64,000 bases of DNA, taken from contig JAVYWK010000006.1 of assembly GCA_038727095.1 (NCBI GenBank), positions 11,235-75,234 of the forward strand. The letters run 5' to 3'. The notes beneath the pieces are model-generated. The model saw nothing but the letters and a program-made list of their open reading frames with translations, had not been told where the DNA came from and ran no database searches. Below are positions 9,971 through 18,927 of the stretch, one piece after another; position 1 is the stretch's first letter, and each line of letters starts with the position of its first letter. The translations under genes were made by a program, and so were the position numbers. This DNA is from Thermofilaceae archaeon. GTDB taxonomy: Archaea > Thermoproteota > Thermoprotei > Thermofilales > Thermofilaceae.

Positions 9971-10219
9971 TTACCGCTGAACGAGCTCTGCTAGAAGCAC
10001 CCCCTCCCCCTGAGAGCCCGCCAGCCGCTCGATCTCGGGGCCGTGGAGCACCCTGTCGCCAGCCACGAGGACCGGGGGCTTGGCGCCGTACTCCAGCAGC
10101 AGCCAGCCGAGGAGCTCGTAGCCTACAACGACCCTCCTGTACCTCAGCTTCGCGCGCTGGAGCAGCCCCTCGATCCTTTTCGACTCCTCGCCCTCATCGA
10201 CGTAGAGGGTTGGCTCCAC
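9971..10219 (-). CDS. Glutaredoxin-like fold protein lacking the CxxC motif
   Basis: Pattern TLYVDE-GEES-KRIEGLL...Y....V...G..PPVLVAGDRVLHG follows the glutaredoxin layout with GEES in place of CxxC; no Cys in the protein. Confidence 0.55.
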   Translation of the reverse strand: MEPTLYVDEGEESKRIEGLLQRAKLRYRRVVVGYELLGWLLLEYGAKPPVLVAGDRVLHGPEIERLAGSQGEGVLLAELVQR

Positions 10220-10268
10220 GAGTGAAAAGCGGGCTCAGGAATTTATACTCATCCCGCGCTGTACTTCC

Positions 10269-10778
10269 GTGGAGGTCTTCAAGGTTCACAAGGGCGGGGG
10301 CGAGCTGGTCCTCGTCGCGGGCGAAGCGTGCGGCGAGCTGAGCCAGTTCTACATCCTCTGCCTCTCCCCGCGCTGCTCCCTTGTCGCGAAGAGGGATGGG
10401 CTGGTCTACGCCTACAGGCTGCTCGACCCCGCCGAGTCTCGGGAGGTGCGGGCCCTGCTGGAGCGCTTGAGGAATAACGGGTTGAGCGCGGGCGATGTTC
10501 GAGCGCTAGTGGCCTCTCTGCTCTCCGCGGGCTGCGCAGAGTGGGGTAGGCGGGACATGCCCGTCTACCGCTTCGCCTCAACGGTGGTTGAGGTTTCACC
10601 GCCCCGCAGGCCGAGGCGCTTGCTGGTTAAGACCGCCAGCCCGAGGGTTGTTGAAGCGCTGCGGGAGATGGGGGCGTGCTGGATGCCCCTCCACAGGGCG
10701 TGGCTGGTTGAGGCCGTGGACTGGCGCGGCACGGTCGAGAGGATCAGGGGGCTGGCCGAACGGGGGCAACAATCTTAG
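10269..10778 (+). CDS. Hypothetical protein with C-terminal HARP/DUF5710-like domain
   Basis: VVEALREMGACWMPLHRAWLV resembles the K.lGa.W....k.W.v motif of HARP/DUF5710 domains; TATA (TTTATA) ~25 nt upstream. Confidence 0.55.
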   Translation: MEVFKVHKGGGELVLVAGEACGELSQFYILCLSPRCSLVAKRDGLVYAYRLLDPAESREVRALLERLRNNGLSAGDVRALVASLLSAGCAEWGRRDMPVYRFASTVVEVSPPRRPRRLLVKTASPRVVEALREMGACWMPLHRAWLVEAVDWRGTVERIRGLAERGQQS

Positions 10779-10834
10779 CGGGCTGCACATAGCTTTGGGG
10801 TCGCGCTAGGATTAAATAGCATTTTGCGTACGTT

Positions 10835-12307
10835 GTGGTGATGAGGAGGGTCATACTAGCTGTAAGCGTAGCGGTGCTGGCGGCTGCTGTAGCGCTCCTC
10901 TTTCACTTCAGAGGGCTGCAGGGCGTGGGAGCCGCGGGCCAAGGCACCGGTCAAGGGAGCGCGAAGATCACCTACCTGCTGAGGCTTGAGGTGGAGGGTG
11001 CTGGCAGGCTGCTGGTGAACGGTTCTTCGCAGAGCATCGTGGAGTCCACGAGGCCCTTCACCGCTCTAGTCGAGGCCGTTCCTGACGCGTGCTATGTTTT
11101 GAGGCGGCTGCTCGTGAACGGAACACCGGTTGAGGGCTCCAGGGTTTTGCTCGAGGTTGGGGGTAACACGACTGTGAGGGCGGTCTTCGAGAGGCCGGTT
11201 TACACCGTCATGATCGAGGGGAACGCGACGGGTGCCGGCGTGGAGGTGAATGGCACCGAGCACAGTCTTCCGGCCCTGCTCACCGTTAAAGCCTGCGAGG
11301 TGCTCACTGTGACGCCGGTGGCTCCTCCGCGCTACTACCCGCTCAACGGGTCCCTGACGATCAACGTCACCGGCGACGCGAGGCTGAGGCTCCTCTTCAG
11401 GAGGTGGCTGGTGAAGCTCAGCCTCCAGAACCTCGCGTACCCGGCGAGGGTGAACAACGCCCTCTACAACGGGAGCGCGGAGCTCGAGCTCGCCGCTGGT
11501 AGTGTCAGGGTGGAGACGCTGAGGGCAAGGTGCCTGCTCCACAACGACACCCACCTAGTCTGCCCGGCCGGCTGGCTAGCGAGGCTGGTGGACTGGAGCC
11601 TCAACGGCACTACGGAGCTGGAGCTCCCCGGCAACTTCACCCTCAACCTGCTCGGAGACACGGTGCTCGAGCAGAGGGTCTCCTACCTGAAGCTGAGGGA
11701 CCCCGTCGTCAGAGTGCAGGTGCAGACGCCCAGCGGCCCCTTCACCGCCAGAGCGATCCCCGGCAGCCGGTGGGTCGGCGAGTACATCGCCTGGATCTAC
11801 TCCGGGAAAGTCGAGGCGGTTGAGGGGGGTTGGTTGAAGCTGGAGGGGCACGCCGTCATCGCCTTCCTCGAGCTGCCGAAGGGCTGGGGTAGGGTCAGAG
11901 TCTACGCGAAGAGGGTCTCCCCCCTCGGGAGCAAGGACACGTACATTGAGGTTGTCCTGAGGAACGACGTGGTCTACCACAGCTTCGGTGTGGCTCTGCC
12001 GCCCACCTGCTTCTCCCGGGGTGCGGGCTACGACCGGCTCGAGAGCTACACGGTGCTCACCATCGACAGCGGCGTGATGGACCTGGGCGGGAGGTGCATC
12101 ATATGCAGCTGGCTGCTGGACGAGGCGAAGAAGTTCTTCAGGGTGGAGCAGGCCTGGTGCAACACCGAGCCCGAGTGCTGCAAGGTGGAGTGGTCGGAGA
12201 GCGGGCCGGGCACGAAAACCTTCAGCGACGTTGAAGCGGGCTGGCTCCACATAGCCACGGAGGGGACGCTCCTCATCAAGGTGGAGGTCGTCGAGTGGAG
12301 GAGGTAG
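10835..12307 (+). CDS. Membrane-anchored surface glycoprotein with divergent InlB-B/PEGA-like beta repeats
   Basis: N-terminal hydrophobic anchor, repeated G.G.l.VNG...A.P...Y......NG...V.G...v.avF units, many NGS/NGT sequons and a Cys-rich C-terminal domain. Confidence 0.7.
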   Translation: MVMRRVILAVSVAVLAAAVALLFHFRGLQGVGAAGQGTGQGSAKITYLLRLEVEGAGRLLVNGSSQSIVESTRPFTALVEAVPDACYVLRRLLVNGTPVEGSRVLLEVGGNTTVRAVFERPVYTVMIEGNATGAGVEVNGTEHSLPALLTVKACEVLTVTPVAPPRYYPLNGSLTINVTGDARLRLLFRRWLVKLSLQNLAYPARVNNALYNGSAELELAAGSVRVETLRARCLLHNDTHLVCPAGWLARLVDWSLNGTTELELPGNFTLNLLGDTVLEQRVSYLKLRDPVVRVQVQTPSGPFTARAIPGSRWVGEYIAWIYSGKVEAVEGGWLKLEGHAVIAFLELPKGWGRVRVYAKRVSPLGSKDTYIEVVLRNDVVYHSFGVALPPTCFSRGAGYDRLESYTVLTIDSGVMDLGGRCIICSWLLDEAKKFFRVEQAWCNTEPECCKVEWSESGPGTKTFSDVEAGWLHIATEGTLLIKVEVVEWRR

Positions 12308-12340
12308 GGAATAAATACTAGCTCTTCTCTTTCTCTCCGC

Positions 12341-14857
12341 GTGAGCGGGCTGAAGCTGCTAGCCCTGCTAGCGCTGCTGGCACTGGCACTGCTGACCGCG
12401 ACCGCTCTCGCCGAGAGCAAAACCTGCCAGGACAGCAAGGAGAGCGAGCACGTCTGGGAAACAACGGATAATGTCAAGCAGCGTACCGTCTCTAAGACGG
12501 CGTCGTACAGTTGCTCGGTGAATGTTGTGGGTGGTGGGAGGGTGGCTGTTGGGGGCTCTTTCCAGGTCAGCGCTACCGTCTACGATGCTACTGGCTACGC
12601 GCAGTGGGACTACTATGTGGGGACGAGCCACTCGGTGGGGGGTCTCGGCTGGAGCTTCAGCGACAGCAGCGGCGACCAGACAGTGCTCACGCGGACGTCG
12701 ACCAGCAAGGTAGTCTGGCACTCGGGGAGTGAGAGGAGCTTCAACTTGAACAGCTGCACAACCCTCTCCCCCAGCGGCAGCACTCCGGGCACCTCCACCA
12801 TCACCGTGAGGCGCGCGGAAGCGTGGTTCCTCGTCCTCGCCAGCGCGACAGTAGAGGGGACCAGCTGCGGCTCACCGCCTCCACCGTCACCCCCGCCACC
12901 ATCCCCGCCGCCCCCGTCGAGCTACACCCTCACCATCCAAGTGTACAGGGCGACCGCCAGCGGAGCTACAACCGTGCCGGCGAACGGGACCAGGGTCAGG
13001 ATCGGCGGCACCACGTACACCGCCGACTCGAGCGGCAGGGTCCAAGTTACGCTGCAGCAGGGGAGCTACAGCGTCGAGATCCTCGAGACCTACTACGGCC
13101 CCACTCTGACGGTGGGAGGGCTGACAACGAACTGGCGGCGCTACCGGTTCTGGAAGTGGAGCGATGAGAGCACCAGCAACCCGAGAGACGTCAGCTTGAG
13201 CAGCGACACCACTCTCACGGCCTACGTCTGGGACGAGAGGGCTCTGCTGGTCCGGTGGGAGCCCCACTTCAACGGCGACGCTTGGGGCGTCGCGTTCGCG
13301 ACGAGCGGGGCGCGCATAACCTACGACACCGTAGTATGGCTGAAGAGGGGTCAGACCGTCCAGCTCCTACCGGTAGAGGCTGGAGGCGCGATCTTCACCT
13401 ACTGGCGCGTCGGCACCGAGTGCTACAGGGGTCAGCCCTACAGCAGCGACCCCCTGCTCACGCTGACGGTGGGCGATAGGGGCCTGTCCGCGATCGCGGT
13501 CTTCAGGCTCGCGGCGACGAACCAGACGATGCTCCCGCCGGGCGCCGGTATGGTCAACCCGGTCACCTACATCCCCGGAGCAACGATGGGGGGTGAGGAG
13601 CGGATGGGAAAGAGGGGCTGGTGGCTGATGACCGTCACCCACGTCCCGACGGGCAAGACCTCGCCTGACGAAGCGGGCGTCGACGGGAGGGCCTGGATCT
13701 ACGCCCTGATAGTGAACGAGAACGGGAGCAGCAGGTGGGTTCCTGTAACAGGCGTCTGGAGGCTGCACCTGGCGCAGGACTGGTCTCAAACCCTCTCCAG
13801 GCACGTTAAAGATCTGCCTGGGGGTGTGAAGATCATCGAGTGGAACCGGAGCACGGTCGCAGGGTTCCCCAAGATCCAGGATCCGCAGGAGTGGAGGGAG
13901 TGGTACTTCGTCACTCTCTCGGCCTGGGATCCGCTGGTCTACGAGGAGCTCGGAGGGAGCTACGACACCAGCGGCTTGTGGCTCGCCAACGGCAGTACCC
14001 TGGCTCTGTACAACATCACCTTCGCGTACATGGGCGTCTCCGGGAACCGGGTGGAGTACGTCTACTGGCAGCCCATCGCGGTCTCCACCCTGACCTTCAG
14101 GGCTGAGGCACGCTACACCCTGACGGAGCATGAAGCCGCGCCGCCCGGTAGGCGCAGCATCCTCATGAGCATCTACGTGAACGCAACCTGGAAGTACGTG
14201 CCGCCCCAGTACTGGCAGCTCCTCGGCTTTAGGGTTCATGCTCCGCAGCTCGGCTTCCTCGCCTCCCTCGAGGAGCCCGGTTGCACCGGCACCTTCTGCA
14301 TCGGCTACTGGGCCCCGCCCTCGCAGGCCGGCTCGACCTGGAGGCTGTACGTCATCGGCCTCGGCGACACGGAGGACTTCTACGCGAAGCCGTACCCGAG
14401 GGGCCTGCTCGGCGGCGACGGCTACAGCAGCGTGAGGGAGTTCAGGATCTCGATGAGGTGGATGGGCGCCGGCGGCAGGCCGTCGACCCTCGTCTGGGGC
14501 AGCGATAGGGTTACATTCAAGCTGGCGCCAGCCTCGGTGTACAAGCTGGAGTGGACCGACCCCCGAGGCCCCTTCACGGTGACGTGGGGCTGCTTCGCCC
14601 AGGGGCCCTGGGGCCTCACGCCCATCTCCTCGTACACGGCGGACTTGACGTTCGACTGGGGCGCTACGGGTAGCACGCACCCGCTTAAAGGCACGCAGCG
14701 CTTCAACGGTGTTACCTCACCATACACCGTGAACGTGCAGGTCCCGGCTGACGACTGGATCGCCTTCTACGTGGTACCCGCTGGGGGGAGGTACGCTATC
14801 GCGGAGGGCGAAGTAGTGCCAGTACCCGTCTTCGCCAAGTACCCGCCGAGAGGCTAG
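12341..14857 (+). CDS. Large secreted adhesin-like surface protein with Pro-rich linker
   Basis: Signal peptide, Ser/Thr-rich N-domain, (SPPPP)3 linker, one copy of the ~180-aa module also found in 15485-17773, and a Trp/Tyr-rich C-terminal region. Confidence 0.75.
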   Translation: MSGLKLLALLALLALALLTATALAESKTCQDSKESEHVWETTDNVKQRTVSKTASYSCSVNVVGGGRVAVGGSFQVSATVYDATGYAQWDYYVGTSHSVGGLGWSFSDSSGDQTVLTRTSTSKVVWHSGSERSFNLNSCTTLSPSGSTPGTSTITVRRAEAWFLVLASATVEGTSCGSPPPPSPPPPSPPPPSSYTLTIQVYRATASGATTVPANGTRVRIGGTTYTADSSGRVQVTLQQGSYSVEILETYYGPTLTVGGLTTNWRRYRFWKWSDESTSNPRDVSLSSDTTLTAYVWDERALLVRWEPHFNGDAWGVAFATSGARITYDTVVWLKRGQTVQLLPVEAGGAIFTYWRVGTECYRGQPYSSDPLLTLTVGDRGLSAIAVFRLAATNQTMLPPGAGMVNPVTYIPGATMGGEERMGKRGWWLMTVTHVPTGKTSPDEAGVDGRAWIYALIVNENGSSRWVPVTGVWRLHLAQDWSQTLSRHVKDLPGGVKIIEWNRSTVAGFPKIQDPQEWREWYFVTLSAWDPLVYEELGGSYDTSGLWLANGSTLALYNITFAYMGVSGNRVEYVYWQPIAVSTLTFRAEARYTLTEHEAAPPGRRSILMSIYVNATWKYVPPQYWQLLGFRVHAPQLGFLASLEEPGCTGTFCIGYWAPPSQAGSTWRLYVIGLGDTEDFYAKPYPRGLLGGDGYSSVREFRISMRWMGAGGRPSTLVWGSDRVTFKLAPASVYKLEWTDPRGPFTVTWGCFAQGPWGLTPISSYTADLTFDWGATGSTHPLKGTQRFNGVTSPYTVNVQVPADDWIAFYVVPAGGRYAIAEGEVVPVPVFAKYPPRG

Positions 14858-14913
14858 CGCTAAACAGCGCTAAACAAATAAATACGATCATTTTTCTCTT
14901 CTTGAGGAGCCTA

Positions 14914-15495
14914 ATGGTGCCTCTGAAGTACCTGCTAATCGCTCTAGCCTTGGTGGCCGCCACAGGCCTAGTTACAGCCTTCCTGCAGAGGGTCTTCACG
15001 AGGAGCGAGCCGCTAATGGGCTGGGAGGACGCGCTGGAGCTCCGCAGAGCGTTGAGCGCTGGTAGGGCTTCGCTCACCTTCACCGCCTACGCCGCCGAGC
15101 TCCCCTTCACGGTGAACGTGACGCTCGACGGCAGGCTGTACTGGCTCCCCCTGAGGAGGGTGCTGGTCTACTTCAGGGCCCGGGACGCCCCCGTGTTTGA
15201 GGAGCCCCTGCTGCAGCTTTGGCGCGCTTGGGGCAACGGGACGCACGCTGGCGCAGCCTCAGCCCTGGATATCAGCGACGACGGCTCAACCATCTACATC
15301 AAGTACCTGGCCTTGAGCAGCGGTTTCCCGAGTAGGGGTAGCAGCTTCTGCCTGGGGCAGGGTGCCGAGGATCCCAGCTACGGTTTCTCCTCCCAATCGG
15401 GCGGCAGGGTGGACGTGCTGGGCGCGAGCTACGAGTGGAGCGGCCGGAGGCTGGTGAAGGTTGTCAAGATAGAGGTGGTCCAGTGTGGCGGTTGA
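14914..15495 (+). CDS. Minor pilin-like membrane-anchored protein
   Basis: MVPLKY plus hydrophobic helix and a beta-rich body; overlaps the start of the following adhesin gene. Confidence 0.6.
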   Translation: MVPLKYLLIALALVAATGLVTAFLQRVFTRSEPLMGWEDALELRRALSAGRASLTFTAYAAELPFTVNVTLDGRLYWLPLRRVLVYFRARDAPVFEEPLLQLWRAWGNGTHAGAASALDISDDGSTIYIKYLALSSGFPSRGSSFCLGQGAEDPSYGFSSQSGGRVDVLGASYEWSGRRLVKVVKIEVVQCGG

Positions 15496-17773
15496 TGAGG
15501 CTCTCGTTGTTCTAGCGGAGGCCATACTGCTCGCAGGCCTCCTTATGTTTTCGGCGAGGTTGTGGAGCGCCAGGTTCGACCCCTACCCGCAGCTGGTCGC
15601 CCAGCTGCTGAACAGCAGCCCGGTTGACGCAGAGCTGTTCATCGCCCTGCCGAAGCCTGTGAGGGTGGAGCTGGACAGGCTGTGCCAGGCGGGCTCCTGC
15701 TACAGCATAGCCCCTCTCGGGGCCGTCTACGGCACAGCGTGGGACTGGCTGATCGTCTACAAGCGGAAGGCCGCGTTAGCTGGAGGGGGTGTACCCCCTT
15801 CACCCTACGCTTTGCTGGCGGTGCAGGTCCGGAGGGTGAACCACGCTGGAAGCGATCTGGGGCCCGTTCAGGGCGTGCAGGTGAGAATCATGGGTCAAAC
15901 GTATGTCACGGGTGCTGGGGGCTGGGTGAACGTGACGCTCGTGAAGGGCTACACCTACACCGTTGAGGTGTTGCAGACCGGTTTCAATAATGGTTGGGGC
16001 CGATACTCGTTCTACAGGTGGGGTGACGGTTCAACGGAGAACCCGAGGAACATCCTCCTCAGCGATAGCGTGCAGCTGCTCTCCTACGTCTGGGATGAGC
16101 GGTTGCTCAAGGTCACCTACACCAGCGGCGGTGTCGTGAGGGTGGACGGCTCCCAAGTCTCCAGCGGCTGGACCTCGTGGCGCAAGTACGGCTCCACAGT
16201 GGTTCTGCAGGCTGTGCCGAACGCGGGCTACTACTTCCAGAAGTGGCAGAGGGGAGTTAACAGCGACTCCATTACCGACTACTCGACCTCTAACCCCATC
16301 ACCGTTACCGTGGACAACGGCTACCGGTTCCACGCCGTCTTTGACGCCTTGAAGTGGCTGACTGTGCAGGTCTACCGGGTGGATAAGGCAGGAAAAAGCC
16401 TGGGTGGGGCAGCCGGTATTCAAGTCAGGGTTGATGGCAACAGCTACACCGCCGACTCCAACGGCGTCGTCAAGGTGCAGGTGGTTCCCGGTACGCACAC
16501 GGTCGAGATCGTTCAGACGAGCTTCAACGGCGGCTGGGGGAGGTACACGTTCTGGAGGTGGTGGGACGGCAGCACAGCGAACCCGAGGACCTTCACCGTC
16601 GCTGCGGACGCGACGGTCACAGCGTACGCTTGGGATGAAAGGCTCCTTAAGATTACTTACACCAGCGGTGGAGCTGTGAAAGTGAACGGTACGCAGGTCT
16701 CGAGCGGTTACACAACGTGGTGCAGGTACGGCACCGTTGCGACCCTAGAGGCTGTACCGAGCTCCGGCTACCAGTTCGTCAAGTGGCAGAGGGGAGTGAA
16801 CAGCGACTCCTTAAGCGATTATTCTACGTCTAACCCCATCACCGTTACCTTGGATAACGGCTACAGGTTCCACGCGGTCTTCGGCACCACCTACACGTTC
16901 ACTGTCGAGGTGAGGAGGGTCGATTACGCGGGCACCGACATCGGCCCAGCCGTTGCAGCCGTCGTTGTCGTGAACGGGCAGAGCTACACGACGGACAGCA
17001 GCGGTAGAGTAACCTTCACCAACGTTGCACCGGGAGCGAGCTTCACTGTGCAGTTCAACCAGCAGACCTTCAACAGCGGCTGGGGGAGGTACACCTTCTG
17101 GAAGTGGTGGGACGGCAGCACAGCGAACCCGAGGACCTTCACGGTTACCTCGGACGCTACCGTGACGATGTACGTCTACGATGAGAGGCTGCTGAAGGTG
17201 AGCTACGACAGTAGCGGGGTCGTGAGGGTGAACGGTACGCAGGTCTCGAGCGGCTGGAGCAACTGGTACAGGTTCGGGGTTAGAGTGGTACTGGAGGCTG
17301 TGCCCAACTCGGGCTACGTGCTCCAGAAGTGGCAGCGCGGAGTAAACACGGATACGCTGAGCGACTACGACGTGAGGTTGAGGGAAACGAGGAGCGCGAG
17401 CGGGAGCAGCGAAGTAGTGGCGGTTGTCACTAGCAACGCTTACACCGGGTACATTGAGGCAACAATGAGCTACACATCACCGGGCGGAAGAATGGGCATC
17501 TGGATGGCCCTAATCGAGGCGTGCCCCACCTCCGCGTGCTACCAGTCTCAGGTGCTCAATTCGACTAGTTGGAGGACTGGCAGCGGGAGCGGCACGCTCA
17601 CCTACAGAGGCACGCTGCAGGCGAGCAGGTACATACGTTTCACGCTAACCGCTCCAATGGGCTTCACCGGCATCGCCTCCTTAACCGGAACCGTTTTGAG
17701 ACCGGCAACCAACCCGCTGTTAGTAACCATGGACAACGGCTACCACTATCGAGCGGAGTTCGGAGCTCCGTGA
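15485..17773 (+). CDS. Pilin-like adhesin with three tandem ~180-aa beta-sandwich repeats
   Basis: MAVDE plus hydrophobic helix and a small Cys-containing domain, then three repeats sharing GWGRY.F..W.DGST.NPR, WDERLLK, KWQRGVN and DNGY. Confidence 0.8.
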   Translation: MAVDEALVVLAEAILLAGLLMFSARLWSARFDPYPQLVAQLLNSSPVDAELFIALPKPVRVELDRLCQAGSCYSIAPLGAVYGTAWDWLIVYKRKAALAGGGVPPSPYALLAVQVRRVNHAGSDLGPVQGVQVRIMGQTYVTGAGGWVNVTLVKGYTYTVEVLQTGFNNGWGRYSFYRWGDGSTENPRNILLSDSVQLLSYVWDERLLKVTYTSGGVVRVDGSQVSSGWTSWRKYGSTVVLQAVPNAGYYFQKWQRGVNSDSITDYSTSNPITVTVDNGYRFHAVFDALKWLTVQVYRVDKAGKSLGGAAGIQVRVDGNSYTADSNGVVKVQVVPGTHTVEIVQTSFNGGWGRYTFWRWWDGSTANPRTFTVAADATVTAYAWDERLLKITYTSGGAVKVNGTQVSSGYTTWCRYGTVATLEAVPSSGYQFVKWQRGVNSDSLSDYSTSNPITVTLDNGYRFHAVFGTTYTFTVEVRRVDYAGTDIGPAVAAVVVVNGQSYTTDSSGRVTFTNVAPGASFTVQFNQQTFNSGWGRYTFWKWWDGSTANPRTFTVTSDATVTMYVYDERLLKVSYDSSGVVRVNGTQVSSGWSNWYRFGVRVVLEAVPNSGYVLQKWQRGVNTDTLSDYDVRLRETRSASGSSEVVAVVTSNAYTGYIEATMSYTSPGGRMGIWMALIEACPTSACYQSQVLNSTSWRTGSGSGTLTYRGTLQASRYIRFTLTAPMGFTGIASLTGTVLRPATNPLLVTMDNGYHYRAEFGAP
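15809..17763 (+). repeat. Three intragenic tandem repeats of ~540 bp (approx. 15809-16345, 16352-16885, 16892-17763; the third carries an insertion)
   Basis: Near-identical DNA blocks: gtggtgggacggcagcacagcgaacccgaggaccttcac in units 2 and 3, and aagtggcagaggggagt in units 1 and 2. Confidence 0.9.
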
Positions 17774-18383
17774 AAACCCACTATCTTCTTCCCATCGTAT
17801 TACAGAGTACTACGTCTCAAAACAGAGTTTCTATTATATTTGGAGATTTAGATCGCTGTATTACGTAGTCATACGCGGCATCTACATAGTACCCGGTCGC
17901 GATACGCGATGTTTGCAGCCTATTCCAATTGTAGACGCGACATAGTTACATTCGCTGAACAGAGACTTTTACCGTTAAGCGCAGCTATATAACTGCAAAA
18001 CTCAGGAAGAGCCAACGAAAGAAAGGTAGAGTAATGCCGCACAACTATCCTTCCCACCACCTCCGGTGCCGCAGAGACCTCTTCTACTATTTCTTGATGA
18101 CCTAAAGGACCCCGCCGCACAAGCGTGTTTCACCTTGTAGTTTTTTAGATGGCGTTATGCGGGTTCGGTTTTCAGCTTGATGGTCGAGAGTTAAGAGGGG
18201 AGAGGTGTAGGGGAAGGTCAAGACCTCCCCCACTTTAAAGACATGCGGCTTACCTTTCACTATCGTGAAGGGGTAATGCTTTAATCTCCTGTATCGGTCC
18301 CTCTGCTCGGTGTACGCATTGTTGCTGAGAATGCAGACATCGAGCACAAGTATTCTAATTTCGCTTATTAATTACTAATGCAG

Positions 18384-18701
18384 CTAGCCTTTCGCCTCGA
18401 CCAGCAGTAGCGTGCCGTTCACGCTCACCAAGGTGTAGGCGTAGCAGCGCCCCCCGCTGCCTCCCCTGGAGAGCACTCTGCCGTCCGGGTAGCGGAGGAC
18501 AATGGTGAAGCCTGAGGGGGGTTTCACGCCGCTCCAGCCCGCCAGAGTGATGTTCTGCGCGGCCTGCCCTGCTACCTCCAGCGCTCTAGCGTAGCAGTCG
18601 AACGCGAGCGTGTAGGCTCTGGACCCCCTAGCGTAGAAGGAGAGGAGGAGCATAGCTGCTAGCACGGTTGCAGCGACAGTGAGCAGGGCGTCAACCCTCA
18701 C
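18384..18701 (-). CDS. Small minor-pilin-like protein
   Basis: MRVDA plus hydrophobic helix and two Cys; last gene of the platform-protein operon. Confidence 0.65.
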   Translation of the reverse strand: MRVDALLTVAATVLAAMLLLSFYARGSRAYTLAFDCYARALEVAGQAAQNITLAGWSGVKPPSGFTIVLRYPDGRVLSRGGSGGRCYAYTLVSVNGTLLLVEAKG

Positions 18702-18927
18702 GCCTCCACCACCTCGAGAACCTTAAGGCGAGCCCCACAAGCGCGGAGTAGGTTACGCCCAGCGCCGCCAGGGTGGAGGTGAGAAGGGCCAGCGCGGATA
18801 GAGGCCAAACGGCGCTGAAGGGCACATCAAAGGATAGGAGTAAGCAGGTGGCTGCGAGGCAGGCTAGGAACACCATCGCGAGGAACGTGAGGTCCCCTGA
18901 ACCCGCTCCCACACTCTCACCCTGCAA
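18691..18927 (-). CDS. Small two-TM membrane protein
   Basis: 78 aa, two hydrophobic helices, overlapping both neighbours. Confidence 0.55.
   Translation of the reverse strand: MQGESVGAGSGDLTFLAMVFLACLAATCLLLSFDVPFSAVWPLSALALLTSTLAALGVTYSALVGLALRFSRWWRREG

Noticed and set aside
13367-14680. 437-aa minus-strand ORF and similar long antisense ORFs (e.g. 11576-12250, 37748-38473, 2012-2611)
   Set aside because: These are shadow frames of GC3-biased genes on the opposite strand, with no motifs.
14856-14875. Tandem 10-bp duplication AGCGCTAAAC x2
   Set aside because: It is real but small and intergenic, with no evidence of function or of a mobile element.
15809-17763. Diversity-generating retroelement TR/VR pair or CRISPR array
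   Set aside because: The repeats are in-frame protein domains, the differences are not adenine-specific, and there is no reverse transcriptase or spacer structure.
10269-17773. Invertible segment (plus-strand block among minus-strand genes)
   Set aside because: No flanking inverted repeats or active invertase were seen; the genes have their own promoters.
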